DNA of 17,840 nt from Promethearchaeia archaeon (GCA_029856125.1 JAHQWJ010000128.1:1-17840); one strand, 5' to 3'. Positions 9,301 to 15,798 are shown, counted from the first letter of the stretch. Notes: generated from the sequence alone by a model not told the origin. Translations and numbers: made by a program.

Positions 9301-11231
9301 ATAAAGCAGCACAACTATTAGAAGAAGGGAAGTATGAAGAATCTATAGAGAAATATTATGACGCAGAGTTAATCTTAATTCAAATTCAGTTTCCTACTGA
9401 AATAATAAAAGATACTATAATAAAAATACAAGAAAAAAAACGGGAAGCCAATAAAACTAAACAACAAGAGTTAGAGTATGGAATTAGAAAACAAGAAAAA
9501 GAAAAACACTTTCTTAAGACCGTTGCTGATACAATGAAATACGAAGAAGAACAAATGAGAGTTAAACAGATTAAAATTAAGAAACAAGAAGATCTTAAAT
9601 TACATTTAGAGAAACGCAAAGAAGTGGCTTTTGAATTATTTGACGAAGCTGAAGTATATGTAAAACGTGCAGATTATAATAAAACTTTAGAGTACTATAG
9701 AAGCGCGGAGTTAGTGCTAAATGAAATTAATTACCCTACAAATTCGATTAAAGAGTTAATCGTACAATTTAAGGAGAAGAAGAGAATTAATGACCTCCAA
9801 AAACAAAAATTACTTGAACGAAAACTTCAAAATGAGCGCGAGAAAAATGATTTTCAAAAGAAAATTGCGAAAAATATCGGCAAAGAAAGAGAGCGCTTGA
9901 AGATAAAAAAGATTGAAGCTGAAAAATTAATTTTAACGCAAGCATTTATAGAAGGAAAAAAAGATGAAGCTTTTAATATTTTGGATGATGCTGAACTACA
10001 CATTAACAATTCTAAGTTTGAATTAGCTATTATGAGTTATAGGAAAGCGATGTTAATTCTTAATGAGATAAATTTTCCAACAGATTCCATTAGTGGTATG
10101 ATCGGAAAAGCAGAAGAGCTCAAAAGACGTGGAGAACTTGAGGAGGAACAAAAGTTAAAAAGAGAATTAGAACGGCTGAAAGAGGAAAGGAATTTGGAAG
10201 CTATCTTAACGGAAAGAAGACAGCAAGAAAGAGAAAAGAAGAAAGCTCAGCATATTGCATCTAAACAGAGAGAAAGAATTATTCAAGACCAAATGACATT
10301 TAGAGAAGCAGCATATTCTCTCTTAGAAGACGGTGGAAAATATATTAAAATGAGCACTCCTGATTACGACAAAGCAATTTCGTTGTATATTCAAGCAAGA
10401 GATTTATTAGCTGAAAAAATAGGTTGGGAACCCGAACTTAATAATTTAAACACTTTAATCAAGGATTTGATTAATGAGAAAGAACTTTATTTGAAAAAGA
10501 AAAAAGCAGAAGAAGAAAATACCATTAAAAGACAACAAGAATACGAACTATTTCGCGAAGAGATGAGGAAACAACAAATGGAAACTGTACTTAGAAAAAG
10601 AGAACAGCAAAAGAAATTTAAGCAGTTATATGAAACTCAGAAACAGTTTGAAAAAATTAAAGAAGAAGGATTAAAACTTATAGATGAAGGGAAAGAATTA
10701 ACAACTAAACATGAATTTAAGGATGCTTATATGAAATTTAATAACGCAATTACTAAGTTCAAAAATATAGGTTGGGGTGAACAAACAAAATTTATTGAGA
10801 AGGAAATTGAGAACGCGAGAAGATTCGAGCAAAAAGTAAATGATAGTAATCGGAAAATAAAAAAAATTCAACAAGAACTAGAAAACCAAAAGTTAAAAGA
10901 AGAGCGTAAAAAGAAAGAAGAAGAACAAAAAATTAAAGGAACGATAAAAGAAGTAAGCGTTTTATCAGGAGAAATTTCAGAATTAATCAAAATTAAAAAA
11001 GAAAAAGAAGAGTTAGAGTCTCGGCAGAAAAGAGAAATGGTTGTATCTAAATCAAAGGAATTCCGTAAAGACATGCTAAACTTATTAAATTTTAAGCAAG
11101 ATTTAACACGGGAATTGTTGGAATCAAAAAAAGCAATAGAAGATAAGAAAAAAGAAGCCGAAATTGCAAAGGATAAAGAAAAGGCAGATGAAATAAAGAA
11201 GATGTTGAAGGAAGTATCAAAAAACAAATAA
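6306..11231 (+). CDS. Giant (1641 aa) all-helical repeat protein: 14 MIT/TPR-like units separated by E/K/R/Q-rich helical linkers
   Basis: Uninterrupted 4.9-kb ORF. The consensus EAFxxLDxAxxxxxxxxYxxAIxxYxxAxxxhxxIxW (or IxFP/IxYP) recurs 14 times with highly charged intervening segments. No enzymatic motif, signal peptide or TM helix was seen. Confidence 0.88.
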   Translation: MMGNEELAQEALKYLDLAQKFENEKNLEKAVENYELAASYLKNSGFMIDKISDIYSRIEEIKDFAKQEMMYNQASAKNQLEQLQDQAFSLLDGAQKLETDGFLEDAIEQYKAAIELLIQTGWSEAQLSNLQSKLITLSEKLKHHQAMTYAKIGEVQEQDILPKEMEPQVVSAFGKTKSVEKAGELKKFKDMKQREQEIQNDAFELIDNAKFFETDKNFDKAIENYENAVKLLNSIGWHEQTKNITIIIEKLKNDKKEYEQFRSEKQIEPTFTREHPDEYEEVKTNIYRDEEKLQIEAFNLVDIGKKLEREKKYDLAIIKFNVAIELFKSIEWDSYIQPIINMIKNIENKQAREEEENISRHKREEQLKNLQDTIYIKEKDEIVETARELDKRRLEYEQKRKLNLRKEEKLFTILDDADRILKEESDYTKAINRYTEALGYLKELGTNWETHASTIEETILSIKKIEENKIEKDLDHQSKLEQRRKSDLEYQQLTSIELAKEREKIRQREGILQEKREALDQRESRKADAYKALDEADYFVKKSELDNAIVAYQKAGNIFASIQWNDELHLIENSIRELENRKREQAFSKQKDMMKSIEKFKVEQQFQEQISKKLQLEKESLKQKKILLRDQKAELMHREKKKDEAFKILEDAHFYLEKGDFDKTIEYYQQVTSIFAEIQWYDEMERIGNAIIEIENKKRDATLKKQRDMEILIKKEREDRGFQEKIIKEINIKRKQLEEREIVKKERANEINFREKQKEEAFKILDEAQNFLSLGEFNLAIESYKSVNQIFAQIQWIEEIVLINQTINKIENKKKEQEIRKQKEFEQIIKEDAERKQFLINIKIQREREKRLIQKERAILEVKKELSSQNILKQQEAFKIIDDADEFLVQENYNIAIEMYQNALNSLKNIGWTGNYILLLGESIRNLQFKRDEIKRQKLLDKEQLRKNIEEEREFERKVTESFQKEREKMLSKKIELLKREDMKNLMETKKLEAFSIMDKAAQLLEEGKYEESIEKYYDAELILIQIQFPTEIIKDTIIKIQEKKREANKTKQQELEYGIRKQEKEKHFLKTVADTMKYEEEQMRVKQIKIKKQEDLKLHLEKRKEVAFELFDEAEVYVKRADYNKTLEYYRSAELVLNEINYPTNSIKELIVQFKEKKRINDLQKQKLLERKLQNEREKNDFQKKIAKNIGKERERLKIKKIEAEKLILTQAFIEGKKDEAFNILDDAELHINNSKFELAIMSYRKAMLILNEINFPTDSISGMIGKAEELKRRGELEEEQKLKRELERLKEERNLEAILTERRQQEREKKKAQHIASKQRERIIQDQMTFREAAYSLLEDGGKYIKMSTPDYDKAISLYIQARDLLAEKIGWEPELNNLNTLIKDLINEKELYLKKKKAEEENTIKRQQEYELFREEMRKQQMETVLRKREQQKKFKQLYETQKQFEKIKEEGLKLIDEGKELTTKHEFKDAYMKFNNAITKFKNIGWGEQTKFIEKEIENARRFEQKVNDSNRKIKKIQQELENQKLKEERKKKEEEQKIKGTIKEVSVLSGEISELIKIKKEKEELESRQKREMVVSKSKEFRKDMLNLLNFKQDLTRELLESKKAIEDKKKEAEIAKDKEKADEIKKMLKEVSKNK

Positions 11232-11513
11232 TTTTATTTTCTTAATCTATATCTCTTTTGTTTACCTTCTTATATAATATTCATGCGTAAACTAAACCTA
11301 CAATATTAATTCCTACCTAACTAGTTAAGTGTGAATTGACTGGTTGAAAAACATTCTCTCTGAAACTACCAATAATTAAAAATTGGGAAATGGGAAGAAC
11401 TATGAAGATGATAAAAATTAAACAAGGCTTTCTCAAAAAGAAACACTAAAAGAATTTAAATTTTCTTGAAGGATAATTAATATATATTATAATAAAAATT
11501 AGGGATATTTAAA

Positions 11514-13097
11514 ATGACTGTAAACAACAACAAGGAAGAGATCAAAAAATCCCGTATGTACGCCCGCCAACAATTAATCGACGGTTGGGATCAAGAAATT
11601 GTAAGCAATGGTTGTATCATGATCGTTGGTGTGGGAGCTTTAGGGTGCGAAATAGCAAAGGATTTTGCATTAATGGGTATTGGAAAAATAGTTTTAGTAG
11701 ACCTCGATACCATTGAAACATCTAATTTATCTCGCCAAATGTTATTCAAACCGGGGGATGAGGGGCGTCCTAAAGCAGAAGTCGCAGCTGAAAGGCTTAA
11801 AGACATGAATCCATTCTTGAAAGTTGATTTTTACTTTGAAAAACTCCAGAAATTAGCAATTTCGGTATACGAAGAATGTGATGTCGTCATTGCCGCTTTA
11901 GATAACTTTAACGCAAGGTTAGATTTGAATAAGATTTGTCTTCGGATGAAAAAACCAATGGTAGAGGGAGGAACAGTAGGTTTTGAAGGTCACGTACAAG
12001 TAATCATCCCTAAAGATTCAGAACTCGAATATAAAAACAGAGAATTTGAAATCGAAAATGTTGTAGACACGAGAATGTGGGAATTTGATAATCCAGAGTA
12101 CTTAGATGCTCAAAAAGAAATCGAACAGCTAGAATACTTGATAGAGAGATTAAAGCAAGAGAAACTCGAACCATTTAGAAGGCTAGTAAGAAAACAGGTA
12201 GAAGAAGAATTTGATAAAAAATACGCTGAGGATGTTTTGAATATAACGCCTTGTTACCGATGTTTAGTTCCGATCCCCCCTGCAGATGATAAATTAGTTG
12301 CGGCGTGCACTTTAAAAGGGCTTCCAAGAAACAGAAACCATTGCGTTATAAAAGCGGAGGTTATCTTCGAAAAAGAATACGGTTTTAAACCTGATATGAA
12401 TGTTGACGACGATGTGGTTAAATTAAAGTCTTTAGCTCAAAAAGAATTGGAGGCTCTAAGGGGCAGAGTTTTCAAAGAGAATGTTCCTGAAGAAAAGTTA
12501 GAAACGCTTACGCCAGAAGAAATTACTGAGTGGAAAGAAAATATTAAAGATACATTCGGAGAAGATTATAAATTTGAAGAAATGGAAAACATCTTAGGTA
12601 ATAAAATTGCAGCAATTCAATCAGTAAGTTCTATTATTTCTAGCATTCAATCGCAAGAAGCCTTAAAATTATTATTTCGATTGTATGGAAGAAATATCGG
12701 TCCACCCATGGATCCTCCTTATGTTAATTATAATGGTGTCTATGGCCAATTTGATCAATTACATATTACAAAACGGGAAGATTGTTTAGCGTGTGGGAAT
12801 ATTGAAGGTGAAGAAAATGTACAATTGGTCGTTCCTTTTGATTCCGATGTAGGCTACATTTTCAAAGCTATGAGAATAGTAGGTCACGATCTAGAACCCA
12901 TTCTCTGGATGATCACTAACCCTGTTAATAAAGAAATGTATTGGAATCCTTATATGAGTGGTGAGTTTAAGGATCCAACTATAAAACTAACGAAACTAAA
13001 AATAAAAAGCAACGATATAATAACTCTCACTCCACTTGGTAAGGCTAAAGTAGAATCAGAAATTAAAAAATACAATGTGATTATTACTTTCATGTAA
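11514..13097 (+). CDS. E1-type ubiquitin/Ubl-activating enzyme (ThiF/MoeB/E1 family; UBA3/UBA2-like architecture)
   Basis: YARQ; Gly-rich IVGVGALG; DLDTIETSNLSRQMLF; ALDNFNAR; EGGTVGFEGHVQVIIP. Zn-binding pairs PCYRC and DCLAC. Catalytic-Cys motif AACTLKGLPRNRNHC (C265) resembles the CT..PR...HC motif of UBA3/UBA2. A ~95-aa C-terminal domain sits at the position of the ubiquitin-fold domain. Confidence 0.9.
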   Translation: MTVNNNKEEIKKSRMYARQQLIDGWDQEIVSNGCIMIVGVGALGCEIAKDFALMGIGKIVLVDLDTIETSNLSRQMLFKPGDEGRPKAEVAAERLKDMNPFLKVDFYFEKLQKLAISVYEECDVVIAALDNFNARLDLNKICLRMKKPMVEGGTVGFEGHVQVIIPKDSELEYKNREFEIENVVDTRMWEFDNPEYLDAQKEIEQLEYLIERLKQEKLEPFRRLVRKQVEEEFDKKYAEDVLNITPCYRCLVPIPPADDKLVAACTLKGLPRNRNHCVIKAEVIFEKEYGFKPDMNVDDDVVKLKSLAQKELEALRGRVFKENVPEEKLETLTPEEITEWKENIKDTFGEDYKFEEMENILGNKIAAIQSVSSIISSIQSQEALKLLFRLYGRNIGPPMDPPYVNYNGVYGQFDQLHITKREDCLACGNIEGEENVQLVVPFDSDVGYIFKAMRIVGHDLEPILWMITNPVNKEMYWNPYMSGEFKDPTIKLTKLKIKSNDIITLTPLGKAKVESEIKKYNVIITFM

Positions 13098-13135
13098 AAG
13101 CTGTTATTGTTTTATGTAAAATCAAATCACAGTTG

Positions 13136-13804
13136 TCAAGATTTTTTTATATTTCTTACGTGGTTAATAAGAGTGTCGATATAGTAAGACTCTACTCCTG
13201 CGCTAGCTCCCGCTAATAAATCTTTTTCTACATCGCCAAAATAAATCATTTCTTCAGAATTAACTTTGAAATAATCTAAAATTTTCAATAAGCCATCGGG
13301 TTCTGGTTTCCATTTTCTAACGTCTTCCCGCCCTACAAAAAACTCAAATTTATCAACGATTCCTGCCATTTCAAGTGATTTGAGAATAGTTGATCGAAAG
13401 TTTAGCGAAAAAACCGCCAATTTGGCGTTAGGAGATACTCCAAATAACTCTTTATTATTAATAAAATAAATAGTTTCCTTAATTGGCTCGTTACTCGATA
13501 TATTTTCAAGTTCGTATTGCCGCATAAGATTAAAATTCAGTTGGAGTTCTTCTTCATCACCCATCTCAATGATTCTAGATAAGATTGTCGACATATTTTT
13601 GAAATTGAGATCTTCTCGATTTCTTTCAGTAAATCGGGCATTTAGAGCCTTACGTAACGAATGCCAATCAGCGCCCAATCTTACAATAGTGCCGTCTAAG
13701 TCAAAAACAATAACTTTCTTACCTATAAATGAAAATGGTATATTTTTTGCCATGCGCTCGAAAAAATCTTCTTCTATTACTAATTGTGATAATTTTTTAT
13801 CCAA
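13136..13804 (-). CDS. HAD-superfamily hydrolase (subfamily IA, phosphoglycolate-phosphatase-like)
   Basis: Motif I VFDLDGT, motif II FSLN, motif III KPEPDG and motif IV YFGDVEKD. The start is uncertain (TTG 13804 or ATG 13753). Confidence 0.88.
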   Translation of the reverse strand: MDKKLSQLVIEEDFFERMAKNIPFSFIGKKVIVFDLDGTIVRLGADWHSLRKALNARFTERNREDLNFKNMSTILSRIIEMGDEEELQLNFNLMRQYELENISSNEPIKETIYFINNKELFGVSPNAKLAVFSLNFRSTILKSLEMAGIVDKFEFFVGREDVRKWKPEPDGLLKILDYFKVNSEEMIYFGDVEKDLLAGASAGVESYYIDTLINHVRNIKKS

Positions 13805-13836
13805 ATTAAGTTTTAACAGAGAATTTTATAATGAGT

Positions 13837-14715
13837 TCATAAGCGAGCATAGAATTGTGCCTTATATCCTATTTTATGGAAAGGACATTCCTTAATACAC
13901 ACAGAACACCCCGTAGTTTTGTAAAAGTGTTCTATGCACTTCTCACCGTCGATCCGGGTAACAATGCCGTTTTCTTTAACAATTGGCTCATCGTAAATTG
14001 CGTTCACAGGGCACAGATTAACGCACCTTTTACATTTCTTGCAGTATTGCTCGACATCAACAGTTTCTTGAGCAACATCTGGAAGAGGAGAAATATTAAC
14101 TGAGATTACAGATAACCTTTGCCTAGGACCGAATCTTCTAGTGATTAACAGACCTTGTCTTCCAATTTTACCTAACCCCGCTTTTACTGCCATAGCGGGA
14201 TACAGAATTGGCCCACCAAGAGGATGGCATCCAATTGCTCGATATCCTTTTGATCGAATAAAGTTTGTTAATTTATTCGTGGCTTCACCTAACTCAGCAT
14301 AAATATTTAGAGATTCAATTCCAGCTGGAGGTTCAGGTGCCGTTTCTATAGCCTCGTAGTCCATCTCCATCCCTAAGACGATTGCATTCTCGTACAAAAC
14401 TTCGATTCCACCCACATGATCGTTCTCAAACATAAAATCTTCAACTATTGGGGCAAATCCTACAAGATCAATTCCTAGTTTTTTAGCTTGAACTAACAAC
14501 TCTTCCCAAAACTCTTTAGGAGCAGACTGAACGCTTTCTGGGAGGCCTTCAATCTCCTTTTTATAGGTTGAAATCGCTTTCCGAATCGTTTTAAAGACTT
14601 TTGGTATTATCCTCTTTGTATCTTCAGAGGATGAGCCTTCCATATCTTTTATATGGAATTTGGTCAGTTCAATTAATCTTGATTTCAATCCCTTTGACTT
14701 CTTTAGCATAGCCAT
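13837..14715 (-). CDS. Reductive dehalogenase / epoxyqueuosine reductase (RdhA/QueG)-like cobalamin-dependent 2x[4Fe-4S] protein
   Basis: GIDLVGFA, AIVLGMEMD, FIRSKGYRA and AVKAGLGKIGRQGLLITRRFGPRQRL. Fe-S motifs CKKCKRCVNLCP and C...CSVCIKECPF. No Tat signal was seen. Confidence 0.85.
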   Translation of the reverse strand: MAMLKKSKGLKSRLIELTKFHIKDMEGSSSEDTKRIIPKVFKTIRKAISTYKKEIEGLPESVQSAPKEFWEELLVQAKKLGIDLVGFAPIVEDFMFENDHVGGIEVLYENAIVLGMEMDYEAIETAPEPPAGIESLNIYAELGEATNKLTNFIRSKGYRAIGCHPLGGPILYPAMAVKAGLGKIGRQGLLITRRFGPRQRLSVISVNISPLPDVAQETVDVEQYCKKCKRCVNLCPVNAIYDEPIVKENGIVTRIDGEKCIEHFYKTTGCSVCIKECPFHKIGYKAQFYARL

Positions 14716-14826
14716 CTCGTAAGAACTAATACTTTGCTTTAATCTAATTAATTTTATAAATATTTTTATTATAGTAGCGGTAGAAATAATCTATAAAAAA
14801 TAGGGGATAAAAAATAGTATTTAATT

Positions 14827-15336
14827 CTAATCCATGGCATATTTAGAAGTCCATGACTTAGCTTTTGATTCAAACTTCTTTTGAGCCCTGAAATATTGCT
14901 CACCCGCCTCGTGGTTGAGAGGGTCTCCTGGGTTAAAGAAGGGTGGTTCTACGTGCATCATGCCTTTTAAGGCTTCTACGATATTGGTTAAAGTTTTTGA
15001 TGGAGTCCAGCCCGATGCGCCAGTTGAAGCGTCTACCTTGCCAACAAGGTCCGGATTAATCAGATCTAAACATATATTAAGTTTTCCTGGAGGTATGCTG
15101 CTGTCTATGTTAGGATGCCACATTAGTGTAACTGCGTATGCGTATGGAGGGGCAAATGGATAATTTTCCGGGAACTTGACTTCGAAAATGAACTTTCCTT
15201 TATTATAAGGTGTTCCTTCCTTCCCTATAATTGTAAGTCGAAGATGATCGATACTGCGCCCCCAAGGTTCGATGATAATATTAGCATCATCCTTGTAAGT
15301 TTCAATAGCTTCGGTATAATCGGTTTCTTCTCGCAT
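14827..15336 (-). CDS. E2 ubiquitin-conjugating enzyme (UBC fold)
   Basis: IIGKEGTPYNKGKF, FPENYPFAPP, WHPNI...ICLDLI (catalytic C89), WTPS, DPLNHEAG and C-terminal FESKAKSWTSKYA, all characteristic of E2 enzymes. Confidence 0.95.
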   Translation of the reverse strand: MREETDYTEAIETYKDDANIIIEPWGRSIDHLRLTIIGKEGTPYNKGKFIFEVKFPENYPFAPPYAYAVTLMWHPNIDSSIPPGKLNICLDLINPDLVGKVDASTGASGWTPSKTLTNIVEALKGMMHVEPPFFNPGDPLNHEAGEQYFRAQKKFESKAKSWTSKYAMD

Positions 15337-15613
15337 TAAATTTCACTTTTTTATTGATTTTTTAAATCGTATTAACTATATAGTTAGAGTTTTCTTTAAA
15401 AAAATTTGTGCTATTTTAGATTTTTATCACAAATTAATAGAACAAATTATAAAATTTACCAAGATTGAAAAGTTTTGTTTTTAAAAATTATAAATTCCCT
15501 TCATTCATGCGACATCTAGTAGAAAATCGTAAAAATTATATTGCTATATTAATTAAAAAGTATATCGAAACTTTACCCCCCTTAGCTCAGCTGGTCAGAG
15601 CGCGCGGCTGTAG

Positions 15614-15662
15614 ATCAATATCGCATACTAAGGTTTTTACCTATGAAGTATTGTCAGCCGAT
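15614..15662 (+). other. tRNA intron 1 (49 nt, canonical position 37/38)
   Basis: Removal restores the 7-nt anticodon loop CTGTAGA. C32 can pair with the third-last intron base G15660. Relaxed BHB with one U-C mismatch in the central helix. Internal stems CAATA/TATTG and AGGT/ACCT. Confidence 0.85.
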
Positions 15663-15684
15663 ACCGTGAGGTCCTCGGCTCAAA

Positions 15685-15713
15685 TTATCTGTTCTTTGTG
15701 GAAGAAATGAGAT
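15685..15713 (+). other. tRNA intron 2 (29 nt, non-canonical position 59/60 in the T loop)
   Basis: BHB with 4-bp helix CTCA(15679-82)/TGAG(15708-11) flanked by 3-nt bulges AAT(15683-85) and ATT(15712-14). Inner stem TTCTT/AAGAA. Removal gives a 7-nt T loop. Confidence 0.85.
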
Positions 15714-15798
15714 TCCGAGAGGGGGGACTAATTTCTTCTTTAGAATAATTATATTCTAAAATTTTTTACATCATTAATTCGTCAGTTTTACTTCTTTT

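Larger units (their letters stand above)
15576..15727 (+). tRNA. tRNA-Tyr(GUA) with two introns (37/38 and 59/60); CCA not encoded
   Basis: Acceptor stem CCCCCCT/AGGGGGG with A73 (C1:G72 is the archaeal/eukaryotic Tyr identity pair). D arm GCTC/GAGC. Anticodon stem CGCGG/CCGTG with CT-GTA-G at 15608-15613. Variable loop AGGTC. T stem CTCGG/CCGAG. Extra sequence at 15614-15662 and 15685-15713. Confidence 0.92.

Noticed and set aside
6472-11227. Several minus-strand ORFs (6472-6744, 7783-7986, 8640-8840, 8687-8917, 9386-9619, 10868-11227)
   Set aside because: They are antisense shadows of the purine-rich giant gene. Their F/S/L-rich composition is what the reverse complement of E/K codons produces.
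6306-11231. SMC/Rad50-like ATPase or phage tape-measure protein
   Set aside because: There are no Walker A/B or signature motifs, no hinge, and no phage structural genes nearby. The periodic helical-bundle motif explains the sequence better.
11514-13097. Calling the E1 a ThiF/MoeB cofactor-biosynthesis enzyme or a bacterial-type CBASS/Bil defence E1
   Set aside because: It has a UBA3/UBA2-like catalytic Cys domain and a C-terminal extension. There are no thiS/moaD, CD-NTase, JAB or fused E2 neighbours.
13810-13839. Selenocysteine read-through at the TGA stops of the Rdh-like (and HAD) genes
   Set aside because: Both proteins look complete at the TGA, another in-frame stop follows within a few codons, the TGA is not at a Cys-motif position, and no SECIS-like hairpin was recognised.
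15465-15710. 81-aa ORF on the + strand
   Set aside because: It overlaps the tRNA-Tyr gene, has a TTG start and shows no protein motif.
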